Assembly (NCBI GenBank): GCA_043228905.1
Contig: JBHGNT010000042.1
Span: 124,001 to 188,000, forward strand
DNA length: 64,000 nt
Direction of reading: 5' to 3'
From: Azolla caroliniana
Lineage: Eukaryota; Plantae; Polypodiophyta
Of the stretch, positions 12,780 to 26,829 are shown piece by piece. The number at the start of each line of letters is the position of its first letter. Positions within the stretch are counted from its first letter, which is position 1. The notes beneath the pieces are model-generated. The model did not search any database. It was not told the DNA's origin and worked only from the letters and a program-made list of their open reading frames with translations. The position numbers and the translations under genes were made by a program.

Positions 12780-15700
12780 TCGAGAGACATGAAGAAATTA
12801 GCAAATTTGAGGCGGGAGTTGACAAGACAAGGTAGGTAAATTAAAAAGTTCATACCTGGCTCGTGTGATATCTGATTTCTGTGTTTAAAAATGCGAATTA
12901 AAGCTAACAACGCTAGCTCTAATATGGAATTAAAAAAACGAGATTTTGAAAGTCAGGGCGAGAGACATGAAGAAATTAGCAAATTTGTGGAGGGAGTTTA
13001 GAAGAGGGAGTTAGTAAATTAAAATGCTCATACCTGGCTTCTGTGATATCGGATTTCTGTGTTTAAACATGCAAATCAAAGCTAACAACGCTAGCTCTAA
13101 TATGGAAGTAAAAAATCAAGATTTTGAAACTCAGGTCGAGAGACATGAATAAATTAGCAAATTTGAGGCAGGAGTTGACAAGAGCAACTAGGTAAATTAA
13201 AATGTTCATACCTGGCTCCTGTGATATCGGATTTCAGTGTTCAAAAATGCGAATCGAAGCTAATAACGCTATCTCTAATATGGAATTAAAAAATAAAGAT
13301 TTTGAAACTCAGGTCGACAGACATGAAGAAATTAGCAAATTTGAGTAGGTAGTGGAGAAGATCGCGTTAGTAAATTAAAATGTTCATACCTGGCTCGTGT
13401 GATATCGGATTTTTGTGTTGAAACATGCGAATCGAAGCTAATAACGCTATCTCTAATATGGAATAAAAAAATCAAGATTTTGAAACTCAGGTCGAGAGAC
13501 ATGAAGAAATTAGCAAATTTGAGGAGGTAGTGGAGAAGAGCGCGTTAGTAAATTGAAATGTTCATACCTGGTGACTGTGATATCGGATTTCTGTGTTTAA
13601 ACATACGAATCGAAGCTAACAGCGCTAGCTCTAATATGGAATTAAAAAATATAGATTTTGAAACTCAGGTCGAGAGACATGAAGAAATTAGCAAATTTGA
13701 GGCTCGAGTTGACAAGAACAAGTAGGTAAATTAAAAAGTTCATACCTGGCTCGTGTGATATCCGATTTCTGTGTTTAAACATGCGAATCGAAGCTAACAA
13801 CGCTAGCTCTAATATGGAATGAAAAAATCAAGATTTTGAAACTCAGGTTGACAGACATGAAGAAATTAGCAAATATGAGGAGGGAGTTTAGAAGAGCAAG
13901 TAGGTAAATTAAAATGTTCATATCTAGCTCGTGTGATATCGGATTTTTGTGTTTAAACATGCGAATCGAAGCTAACAACGCTAGCTCAAATATGGAATTA
14001 AAAAATCAAGATTTTGAAACGCAGGTCGAGAGACATGAAGAAAGTAGCAAATTTGAGGAGGTAGTGGAGAAGAGCGCGTTAGTAAATTAAAATGTTCATA
14101 CCTGGCTCGTGTGATATCGGATTTCTGTGTTCAAACATGCGAATCGAAGCTAACAACGCTGGCTCTGATATGGAAGGAAAAAATCAAGATTTTGGAACTC
14201 AGGTCGAGAGACATGAAGAAATTAGCAAATTTCAGGAAGGAGTTCACAAGAGCAACTAGGTAAATTAAAATGTTCATACCTGGCTCCTGTGATATCGGAT
14301 TTCTGTGTTTAAACATGCGAATCGAAGCTAATAACGCTAGCTCTGATATGGAATTAAAAAATCAAGATTTTGAAACTCAGGTCGACAGACATGAAGAAAT
14401 TAGCAAATTTGAGTAGGTAGTGGAGAAGGGCGCGTTAGTAAATTAAAATGTTCATACCTGGCTTCTGTGATATTGGATTTCTGTGTTCAAACATGCGAAT
14501 CGAAATTAACATCGGTTGCTTTAATATGGAATAAAAAAATCAAGATATTGAAACTCAGGTCGAGAGACATGAATAAATTAGCAAATTTGAGGCGGGAGTT
14601 GACAAGAGCAACTAGGGAAATTAAAATGTTCATACCTGGTTCGTGTGATATCGGATTTTTGTGTTCAAACATGCGAATCGAAGCTAATAATTGTATCTCT
14701 AATATGGAATTAAAAAATCAGGTCGAGAGACATGAAGAAATTAGCAAATTTGAGGAGGTAGTGGACAAGATCGCGTTAGTAAATTAAAATATTCATACCT
14801 AGCTCGTCTGATATCAGATTTTTGTGTTTAAACATGTGAATCGAAGCTAATAATGCTATCTCTAATATGGAATAAAAAAATTAAGATTTTGAAACTCAAG
14901 TCGAGAGACATGAATAAATTAGCAAATTTGAGGCGGGAGTTGACAAGAGCAACTAGGTAAATTAAAATCTTCATACCTGGCTCCTGTGATATCGGATTTC
15001 GTTGTTCAAACATGCGAATCGAAGCTAATAACGCTATCTCTAATATGGAATTAAAAAATCAAGATTTTGAAACAAAGGTCGACAGACATGAAGAAATTCG
15101 CAAATTTGAGGAGGTAGTGGAGAAGATCGCGTTAGAAAATTAAAATGTTCATACCTGGCTCGTGTGATATCGGATTTCTGTGTTCAAACATGCGAATCGA
15201 AGATAACAATGCTAGCTCTCATATGGAATTAAAAAATCAAAAATTTAAATTGAGGTCGAGAGACATGAAGAAATTAGCAAATTTGAGGAGGTAGTGGAGA
15301 AAAGCGAGTTAGTAAATTAAAATGTTCATACCTGGCTCGTGTGATATCGGATTTCGGTGTTCAAACATGCGAATCGAAGCTAACAACGCTAGCTATAATA
15401 TGGAATTAAAAAATCAAGATTTTGTAACTCAGGTCGAGAGACATGAAGAAATTAGCAAATTTGAGGAGGAAGTGGAGAAGAGCGCGTTAGTAAATTAAAA
15501 TGTTCATATCTGGCTCGTGTGATATCGGATTTCTGTATTCAAACATGCGAATCGAAGCTAACAACGCTAGCTCTGATATGGAATTAAAAAATCAAAATTT
15601 TGAAACTCAGGTCGAGAGACATGAAGAAATTAGAAAATTTTAGGAGGGAGTTTAGAAGAGCGCGTTAGTAAATTAAAATGTTCATACCTGGCTTCTGTGA

Positions 15701-17490
15701 TATTCGATTTCTGTGTTCAAACATGCGAATCGAAGCTAATCACGCTATCTCTAATATGGAATTAAAAAATGAAGATTTGAAACTCAGGTCAACAGACATG
15801 AAGAAATATGGAAGCTAACAACGCTTGCTATAATATGGAATTAAAAAATCAAGATTTTGAAACTCAGGTCGAGAGACATGAAGAAATTAGCAAATTTGAG
15901 GCGGGAGTTGACATGACAAGGTAGGTAAATTAAAAAGTTCATACCTGGCTCGTGTGATATCGGATTTTTATGTTTAAACATTCGAATCGAAGCTAATAAT
16001 GCTATCTCTAATATGAAAATAAAAAATCAAGATTTTGAAACTCAGGTCGACAGACATGAAGAAATTAGCAAATTTGAGGAGGGAGTTTAGAAGAGCGCGT
16101 TAGTAAATTAAAATGTTCATACCTAGCTTCTGTGACATTGGATTTCTGTGTTCAAACATGCGAATCGAAGTTAACAACGCTTGCTATAATATGGAGTAAA
16201 AAAATCAAGATTTTGAAACTCAGGTCGAGAGACATGAATAAATTAGCAAATTTGAGGCGGGAGTAGACAAGAGCAACTAGGTAAATTAAAATGTTCATGC
16301 CTGGCTCCTGTGATATCGGATTTGTGTGTTCAAACCTGCGAATCGAAGCTAATAACGCTAGCTCTGATATGGAATTAAAAAATCAAGATTTTGAAACTCA
16401 CCTCGAGAGAGATGAAGAAATTAGCAAATTTGAGGAGGTAGTGGAGAAGAGCGCGTTAGTAAATTAAAATGTTCATACCTGGCTCGTGTGATATCGGATT
16501 TCTGTGTTTAAAAATGCGAATCGAAGCTAACAACGCTAGCTCTAATACGGAATTAAAAAATCAAGATTTTGAAAGTCAGGTCGAGAGACATGAAGAAATT
16601 AGCAAATTTGAGGAGGTAGTAGAGAAGAGCGCGTTAGTAAATTAAAATGTTCATAACTGGCTCGTGTGATATCGGATTTCTGTGTTTAAAAATGCGAATC
16701 GAAGCTAAGAACGTTAGCTCTAATATGGAATTAAAAAATCAAGATTTTGAAACTCACCTCAAGAGAGATGAAGAAATTAGCAAATTTGAGGAGGTAGTGG
16801 AGAAGATCGCGCTAGTAAACTAAAATGTTCATACCTGGCTCGTGTGATATTGGATTTCTGTGTTTAAATATGCGAATCGAAGCTAACAACGCGAGCTCTA
16901 ATATGAAATTAAAAAAGCAAGATTTTGAAACTCAGGTCGAGAGACATGAAGAAATTAGCATATTTGAGGAGGTAGTGGAGAAGAGCGCGTTAGTAAATTA
17001 AAATGTTCATACCTGGCTCGTGTGATATCGGATTTCTGTGTTTAAACATGCGAATCGAAGCTAACAACGCTCCCTCTGATATGGATTGAAAAAATCAAGA
17101 TTTTGAAACTCAGGTCGAGAGACATGAATAAATTAGCAAATTTGAGGCGGGAGTGGACAAGAGCAACTAGGTAAATTAAAATGTTCATACCTGGCTCGTG
17201 TGATATCGGATTTCTGTGTTCAAACATGCGAATCGAAGCTAATAACGCTAGCTCTAATATGGAATTAAAAAATGAAGATTTTGAAACTCACCTCGAGAGA
17301 CATGAAGAAATTAGCATATATTGAGGTGGTAGTGGAGAAGAGCGCGTTAGTAAATTAAAATGTTCATACCTGGCTTGTGTGATATCGGATTTCTGTGTTC
17401 AAACATGCGAATCGAAGATAACAATGCTAGCTCTCATATGGAATTAAAAAATCAAGATTTTAAATTCAGGTCGAGAGACATGAAGAAATT
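12780..17490. repeat. Copy 2 of the ~4.8-kb duplicated block (one monomer shorter than copy 1)
   Basis: Same diagnostic variants as 1700-6590. The offset changes from 11077/11078 to 10900, which is the loss of one 178-bp monomer near 14350-14400. Confidence 0.85.
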
Positions 17491-20400
17491 AGCATATTTG
17501 AGGACGTAGTGGAGAAGAGCGCGTTAGTAAATTAAAATGTTCATACCTGGCTCGTGTGATATCGGATTTCTGTGTTTAAACATGCGAATCGAAGCTAGCA
17601 ACGCTAGCTCTAATACGGAATTAGAAAATCAAGATTTTGAAAGTCAGGTCGATAGACATGAAGAAATTAGCAAATTTGAGGCGGGAGTTGACAAGAGCAA
17701 CTAGGTAAATTAAAATGTTCATACCTGGCTCCTGTGATATCGGATTTATGTGTTCAAACATGCGAATCGAAGCTAATAACGCTATCTCTGATATGGAATT
17801 AAAAAATCAAGATTTTGATACTCACCTCGAGAGAGATGAAGAAATTAGCAAATTTGAGGAGGTAGTGGAGAAGATCGCGCTAGTAAATTAAAATGTTCAT
17901 ACTTGGCTCGTGTGATATTGGATTTCTGTGTTTAAAAATGTGAATCGAAGCTAACAACGCGAGCTCTAATATGGAATTAAAAAACCAAGATTTTGAAACT
18001 CACCTCGAGAGAGATGAAGAAATTAGCAAATTTGAGGAGGTAGTGGAGAAGAGCGCGTTAGTAAATTAAAATGTTCATACCTGGCTCGTGTGATATCGGA
18101 TTTCTGTGTTTAAAAATGCGAGTCGAAGCTAACAACGCTAGCTCTAATACGGAATTAAAAAATCAAGATTTTGAAACTCAGGTCGAGAGACATGAAGAAA
18201 TTAGCAAATATGAGGCGGGAGTTGACAAGACCAAGTAGGTAAATTAAAATGTTCATACCTGGCTCGTGTGATATCGGATTTTTATGTTTAAGCTTGCGAA
18301 TCGAAGCTAATAACGCTATCTCTGATATTAAATTAAAAAATCAAGATTTTGAAACTCAGGTCGAGAAACATGAAGAAATTAGCAAATTTGAGGAGCGAGT
18401 TTAGAAGAGCGCGTTAGTAAATTAAAATGTTCATACCTGGCTTCTGTGATATTGGATTTCTGTGTTCAAACATGCGAATCGAATTTAACAACGCGTGCTA
18501 TAATATGGAGTAAAAAAATCAAGATTTTGAAAGTCAGGTCGAGAGACATGAATAAATTAGCAAATTTGAGGAGGGAGTTGACAAGAGCAACTAGGTAAAT
18601 TAAAATCTTCATACCTGGCTCCTGTGATATCGGATTTATGTGTTCAAACATGCGAATCGAAGCTAATAACACTATCTCTTATATGGAATTAAAAAATCAA
18701 GATTTTGAAACTCATCTCGAAAGACATGAAGAAATTAGCAAATTTGAGGAGGTAGTGGAGAAGATCGCGTTAGTAAATTAAAATGTTCATACCTGGCTCG
18801 TGTGATATCGGATTTTTGTGTTCAAACATGCGAATCGAAGCTAATAATGCTATCTCTAATATGGAATTAAAAAATCAAGATTTTGAAACTCAGGTCGAGA
18901 GGCATGAAGAAATTAGCAAATTTGAGGAGGTAGTGGAGAAGATCGCGCTGGTAAATTAAAATGTTCATACTTGGCTCGTGTGATATTGGATTTCTGTGTT
19001 TAAAAATGCGAATCGAAGCTAACAACGCGAGCTTTAATATGGAATTAAAAAATCAAGATTTTGAAACTCAGGTCGAGAGACATGAAGAAATTAGCAAATT
19101 TGAGGAGGTAGTGGAGAAGATCGCGCTAGTAAATTAAAATGTTCATACTTGGCTCGTGTGATATTGGATTTCTGTGTTTAAAAATGCGAATCCAAGCTAA
19201 TAACGCTATCTCTGATATTAAATTAAAAAATCAAAATTTTGAAACTCAGGTCGAGAAACATGAAGAAATTAGCAAATTTGAGGAGCGAGTTTAGAAGAGC
19301 GCGTTAGTAAATTAAAATGTTCATACCTGGCTTCTGTGATATTGAATTTCTGTGTTCAAACATGCGAATCGAAGCTAACAACGCTTGCTATAATATGGTA
19401 TTAAAAAATCAAGATTTTGAAACTCAGGTCGAGAGACATGAAGAAATTAGCAAATTTGAGGCGGGAGTTGACAAGACCAAGTAGGTAAATTAAAATGTTC
19501 ATACCTGGCTCCTGTGATATCGGATTTCTGTGTTTAAACATGCAAATCGAAGCTAATAACGCTAGCTCTAATATGGAATAAAGAAATCGAGATTTTGAAA
19601 CTCTGGTCGAGAGACATGAATAAAATAGAAAATTTGAGGAGGGAGTTGACAAGAGCAACTAGGTAAGTTAAAATGTTCATGCCTGGCTCCTGTGATATCG
19701 GATTTATGTGTTCAAACATGCAAATCGAAGCTAATAACACTATCTCTTATATGGAATTGAAAAATCAAGATTTTGAAACTCATCTCGAAAGACATGAAGA
19801 AATTAGCAAATTTGAGGAGGTAGTGGAGAAGATCGCGTTAGTAAATTAAAATGTTCATACCTGGCTCGTGTGATATCGGATTTTTGTGTTCAAACATGCG
19901 AATCGAAGCTAATAATGTTATCTCTAATATGGAATTAAAAAATCAAGAGTTTGAAACTCAGGTCGAGAGGCATGAAGAAATTAGCAAATTTGAGGAGGTA
20001 GTGGAGAAGATCGCGCTAGTAAATTAAAATGTTCATACTTGGCTCGTGTGATATTGGATTTCTGTGTTTAAAAATGCGAATCGAAGCTAACCACGCGAGC
20101 TCTAATATGGAATTAAAAAATCAAGATTTTGAAACTCAGGTTAAGAGACATGAAGAAATTAGCATATTTGAGGAGGTAGTGGAGAAGAGCGCGTTAGTAA
20201 ATTAAAATGTTCATACCTGGCTTCTGTGACATTGGATTTCTGTGTTCAAACATGCAAATCGAATTTAACAACGCGTGCTATAATATGGAGTAAAAAAATC
20301 AAGATTTTCAAACTCAGGTCGAGAGACATGAATAAATTAGCAAATTTGAGGAGGGAGTTGACAAGAGCAACTAGGTAAATTAAAATGTTCATACCTGGCT

Positions 20401-21219
20401 CGTGTGATATCGGATTTATGTGTTCAAACATGCGAATCGAAGCTAATAACACTATCTCTTATATGGAATTAAAAAATCAAGATTTTGAAACTCATCTCGA
20501 AAGACATGAAGAAATTAGCAAATTTGAGGAGGTAGTGGAGAAGATCGCGTTAGTAAATTAAAATGTTCATACCTGGCTCGTGTGATATCGGATTTTTGTG
20601 TTCAAACATGCGAATCGAAGCTAATAATGCTATCTCTAATATGGAATTAAAAAATCATGATTTTGAAACTCAGGTCGAGAGGCATGAAGAAATTAGCAAA
20701 TTTGAGGAGGTAGTGGAGAAGAGCGCGTTAGTAAATTAAAATGTTCATACCTGGCTCGTGTGATATCGGATTTCTGTGTTTAAAAATGCGAATCGAAGCT
20801 AACAACGCTAGCTCTAATACGGAATTAAAAAATCAAGATTTTGAAACTCATCTCGAAAGACATGAAGAAATTAGCAAATATGAGGCGGGAGTTGACAAGA
20901 CCAAGTAGGTAAATTAAAATGTTCATACCTGGCTCGTGTGATCTCGGATTTTTGTGTTCAAACATGCGAATCGAAGCTAATAACGCTATCTCTGATATGA
21001 AATTAAAAAATCAAGATTTTGAAACTCAGGTCGAGAAACATGAAGAAATTAGCAAATTTGAGGAGGGAGTTTAGAAGAGCGCGTTAGTAAATTAAAATGT
21101 TCATACCTGGCTTCTGTGACATTGGATTTCTGTGTTCAAACATGAGAATCGAATTTAACAACGCTTGCTATAATATGGAGTAAAAAAATCAAGATTTTGA
21201 AACTCAGGTCGAGAGACTC

Positions 21220-24200
21220 AGGTAGTGGAGAAGAGCGCGTTAGTAAATTAAAATGTTCATACCTGGCTCGTGTGATATCGGATTTTTATGTTTAAGCATG
21301 CGAATCGAAGCTAATAACGCTATCTCTGATATGAAATTAAAAAATCAAGATTTTGAAACTCAGGTCGAGAAACATGAAGAAATTAGCAAATTTGAGGAGG
21401 TAGTAAATTAAAATGTTCATACCTGGCTTCTGTGACATTGGATTTCTGTGTTCAAACATGAGAATCGAATTTAACAACGCTTGCTATAATATGGAGTAAA
21501 AAAATCAAGATTTTGAAACTCAGGTCGAGAGACATGAATAAATTAGCAAATTTGAGGCGGGAGTTGACAAGAGCAACTAGGTAAATTAAAAAGTTCATAT
21601 CTGGCTCGTGTGATATCCGATTTCTGTGTTTAAACATGCGAATCGAAGCTAACAACGGTAGCTCTAATATAGAATGAAGAAATCAAGATTTTGAAACTCA
21701 GGTCGATAGACATGAAGAAATTAGCAAATATGAGGAGGGAGTTTAGAAGAGCAAGTAGGTAAATTAAAATGTTCATATCTGGCTCGTGTGATATCGGATT
21801 TTTGTGTTTAAACATGCGAATCGAAGCTAATAACGCTATCTCTAATATGGAATTAAAAAATCAAGATTTTGAAACTCAGGTCAACAGACATGAATAAATT
21901 AGCAAATTTGAGGCGGTAGTGGAGAAGATCGCTTTAGTAAATTAATATGTTCATACCTGGCTCGTGTGATATCGGATTTTTGTGTTTAAACATGCGAATC
22001 GAATCTAATAACGCTATCTCTAATATGGAATAAAAAAATCAAGATTTTGAAACTCAGGTCGAGAGACATGAATAAATTAGCAAATTTTAGGCGGGAGTTG
22101 ACAAGAGCAACTAGGTAAATTAAAATGTTCATACCTGGCTCCTGTGATATCGGATTTCTGTGTTCAAACATGCGAATCGAAGCTAATACCGCTATCTCTA
22201 ATATGATATTAAAAAATCAACATTTTGAAACTTAGGTCGACAGACATGAAGAAATTAGCAAATTTGAGTAGGTAGTGGAGAAGATCGCGTTAGTAAATTA
22301 AAATGTTCATACCTGGCTCGTGTGATATCGGATTTTTGTGTTGAAACATGCGAATCGAAGCTAATAACGCTATCTCTAATATGGAATAAAAAAATCAAGA
22401 TTTTGAAACTCAGGTCGAGAGACATGAAGAAATTAGCATATTTGAGGAGGTAGTGGAGAAGAGCGCGTTAGTAAATTGAAATGTTCATACCTGGCTCGTG
22501 TGATATCGGATTTCTGTGTTTAAACATGCGAATCGAAGCTAACAACGCTATCTCTAATATGAAAATAAAAAATCAAGATTTTGAAACTCATCTCGAAAGA
22601 CATGAAGAAATTAGCAAATTTGAGGAGGTAGTGGAGAAGATAGCGTTAGTAAATGAAAATGTTCATACCTGGCTCGTGTGATATCGGATTTTTGTGTTCA
22701 AACATACGAATCGAAGCTAACAACGCTAGCTCTAATACGGAATTAAAAAATCATGATTTTGAAACTCAGGTCGAGAGACATGAAGAAATTAGCAAATATG
22801 AGGCGGGAGTTGACAAGACTAAGTAGGTAAATTAAAATGTTCATACCTGGCTCGTGTGATATCCGATTTCTGTATTTTAAAATGCGAATCGAAGCTAACA
22901 ACGCTAGCTCTGATATGGAATTAAAAAATGAAGATTTTGAAACTCACCTTGAGAGAGATGAAGAAATTAGCAAATTTGAGGAGGTAGTGGAGAAGAGCGC
23001 GTTAGTAAATTAAAATGTTCATACCTGGCTCGTGTGATATCGGAATTTTATGTTTAAGCATGCGAATCGAAGCTAATAACGCTATCTCTGATATGAAATT
23101 AAAAATTCAAGATTTTGAAACTCAGGTCGAGAGACATGAAGAAATTAGCAAATTTGAGGAGGTAGTAAATTAAAATGTTCATACCTGGCTTCTGTGACAT
23201 TGGATTTCTGTGTTCAAACATGAGAATCGAATTTAACAACGCTTGCTATAATATGGAGTAAAAAAATCAAGATTTTGAAACTCAGGTCGAGAGACATGAA
23301 TAAATTAGCAAATTTGAGGCGGGAGTTGACAAGAGCAACTAGGTAAATTAAAAAGTTCATATCTGGCTCGTGTGATATCTGATTTCTGTGTTTAAACATG
23401 CGAATCGAAGCTAACAACGGTAGCTCTAATATAGAATGAAGAAATCAAGATTTTGAAACTCAGGTCGATAGACATGAAGAAATTAGCAAATATGAGGAGG
23501 GAGTTTAGAAGAGCAAGTAGGTAAATTAAAATGTTCATATCTGGCTCGTGTGATATCGGATTTTTGTGTTTAAACATGCGAATCGAAGCTAATAACGCTA
23601 TCTCTAATATGGAATTAAAAAATCAAGATTTTGAAACTCAGGTCAACAGACATGAATAAATTAGCAAATTTGAGGCGGTAGTGGAGAAGATCGCGTTAGT
23701 AAATTAATATGTTCATACCTGGCTCGTGTGATATCGGATTTTTGTGTTTAAACATGCGAATCGAATCTAATAACGCTATCTCTAATATGGAATAAAAAAA
23801 TCAAGATTTTGAAACTCAGGTCGAGAGACATGAATAAATTAGCAAATTTTAGGCGGGAGTTGACAAGAGCAACTAGGTAAATTAAAATGTTCATACCTGG
23901 CTCCTGTGATATCGGATTTCTGTGTTCAAACATGCGAATCGAAGCTAATACCGCTATCTCTAATATGATATTAAAAAATCAACATTTTGAAACTTAGGTC
24001 GACAGACATGAAGAAATTAGCAAATTTGAGTAGGTAGTGGAGAAGATCCCGTTAGTAAATTAAAATGTTCATACCTGGCTCGTGTGATATCGGATTTTTG
24101 TGTTGAAACATGCGAATCGAAGCTAATAACGCTATCTCTAATATGGAATAAAAAAATCAAGATTTTGAAACTCAGGTCGAGAGACATGAAGAAATTAGCA

Positions 24201-26385
24201 TATTTGAGGAGGTAGTGGAGAAGAGCGCGTTAGTAAATTGAAATGTTCATACCTGGCTCGTGTGATATCGGATTTCTGTGTTTAAACATGCGAATCGAAG
24301 CTAACAACGCTATCTCTAATATGAAAATAAAAAATCAAGATTTTGAAACTCATCTCGAAAGACATGAAGAAATTAGCAAATTTGAGGAGGTAGTGGAGAA
24401 GATCGCGTTAGTAAATGAAAATGTTCATACCTGGCTCGTGTGATATCGGATTTTTGTGTTCAAACATACGAATCGAAGCTAACAACGCTAGCTCTAATAC
24501 GGAATTAAAAAATCATGATTTTGAAACTCAGGTCGAGAGACATGAAGAAATTAGCAAATATGAGGCGGGAGTTGACAAGACTAAGTAGGTAAATTAAAAT
24601 GTTCATACCTGGCTCGTGTGATATCCGATTTCTGTATTTTAAAATGCGAATCGAAGCTAACAACGCTAGCTCTGATATGGAATTAAAAAATCAAGATTTT
24701 GAAACTCACCTTGAGAGAGATGAAGAAATTAGCAAATTTGAGGAGGTAGTGGAGAAGAGCGCGTTAGTAAATTAAAATGTTCATACCTGGCTCGTGTGAT
24801 ATCGGAATTTTATGTTTAAGCATGCGAATCGAAGCTAATAACGTTATCTCTGATATGAAATTAAAAAATCAAGATTTTGAAACTCAGGTCGAGAAACATG
24901 AAGAAATTAGCAAATTTGAGGAGGTAGTAAATTAAAATGTTCATACCTGGCTTCTGTGACATTGGATTTCTGTGTTCAAACATGAGAATCGAATTTAACA
25001 ACGCTTGCTATAATATGGAGTAAAAAAATCAAGATTTTGAAACTCAGGTCGAGAGACATGAATAAATTAGCAAATTTGAGGAGGTAGTAAATTAAAATGT
25101 TCATACCTGGCTTCTGTGACATTGGATTTCTGTGTTCAAACATGAGAATCGAATTTAACAACGCTTGCTATAATATGGAGTAAAAAAATCAAGATTTTGA
25201 AACTCAGGTCGAGAGACATGAATAAATTAGCAAATTTGAGGCGGGAGTTGACAAGAGCAACTAGGTAAATTAAAAAGTTCATATCTGGCTCGTGTGATAT
25301 CCGATTTCTGTGTTTAAACATGTGAATCGAAGCTAACAACGGTAGCTCTAATATAGAATGAAGAAATCAAGATTTTGAAACTCAGGTCGATAGACATGAA
25401 GAAATTAGCAAATATGAGGAGGGAGTTTAGAAGAGCAAGTAGGTAAATTAAAATGTTCATATCTGGCTCGTGTGATATCGGATTTTTGTGTTTAAACATG
25501 TGAATCGAAGCTAATAACGCTATCTCTAATATGGAATTAAAAAATCAAGATTTTGAAACTCAGGTCAACAGACATGAATAAATTAGCAAATTTGAGGCGG
25601 TAGTGGAGAAGATCGCGTTAGTAAATTAATATGTTCATACCTGGCTCGTGTGATATCGGATTTTTGTGTTTAAACATGCGAATCGAATCTAATAACGCTA
25701 TCTCTAATATGGAATAAAAAAATCAAGATTTTGAAACTCAGGTCGAGAGACATGAATAAATTAGCAAATTTTAGGCGGGAGTTGACAAGAGCAACTAGGT
25801 AAATTAAAATGTTCATACCTGGCTCCTGTGATATCGGATTTCTGTGTTCAAACATGCGAATCGAAGCTAATACCGCTATCTCTAATATGATATTAAAAAA
25901 TCAACATTTTGAAACTTAGGTCGACAGACATGAAGAAATTAGCAAATTTGAGTAGGTAGTGGAGAAGATCGCGTTAGTAAATTAAAATGTTCATACCTGG
26001 CTCCTGTGATATCGGATTTTTGTGTTGAAACATGCGAATCGAAGCTAATAACGCTATCTCTAATATGGAATAAAAAAATCAAGATTTTGAAACTCAGGTC
26101 GAGAGACATGAAGAAATTAGCATATTTGAGGAGGTAGTGGAGAAGAGCGCGTTAGTAAATTGAAATGTTCATACCTGGCTCGTGTGATATCGGATTTCTG
26201 TGTTTAAACATGCGAATCGAAGCTAACAACGCTATCTCTAATATGAAAATAAAAAATCAGGATTTTGAAACTCATCTCGAAAGACATGAAGAAATTAGCA
26301 AATTTGAGGAGGTAGTGGAGAAGATCGTGTTAGTAAATGAAAATGTTCATACCTGGCTCGTGTGATATCGGATTTTTGTGTTCAA
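21220..26385. repeat. 10-mer higher-order repeat, unit 1762 bp (10 x 178 - 18), about 3 copies
   Basis: ORF sets 21452/23214, 21630/23392, 21986/23748 and 22481/24243 are 1762 apart. The third copy is 1922 further (1762 + 160). Each unit carries the 18-bp deletion GAGGAGGTAGTAAATT. Confidence 0.92.
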
Positions 26386-26829
26386 ACATGCGAATCGAAG
26401 CTAATAATGCTATCTCTAATATGGAGTTAAAAAATCAAGATTTTGAAACTCAGGTCGAGAGACATGAAGAAATTAGCAAATTTGAGGAGGTAGTGGAGAA
26501 GATCGCGCTAGTAAATTAAAATGTTCATACCTGGCTCGTGTGATATTGGATTTCTGTGTTTAAAAATGCGAATCGAAGCTAATAACGCGAGCTCTAATAT
26601 GGAATTAAAAAATCAAGATTTTGAAAGTAAGGTCGAAAGACATGAAGAAATTAGCATATTTGAGGAGGTAGTGGAGAAGATCGCGTTAGTAAATTAAAAT
26701 GTTCATACCTGGCTCGTGTGATATCGGATTTCTGTGTTTAAAAATGTGAATCGAAGCTAACAACGTGAGCTCGAATATTGAATTAAAAAATCAAGATTTT
26801 GAAACTCACCTCGAGAGAGATGAAGAAAT

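Noticed and set aside
21391-21416. Shine-Dalgarno-like AGGAGGT, brought to 11 nt from an ATG by the 18-bp deletion
   Set aside because: In normal monomers it is ~29 nt from the ATG. The downstream frame here has a premature stop (GAG TAA), and the context is a eukaryote-type satellite, so this is coincidental.
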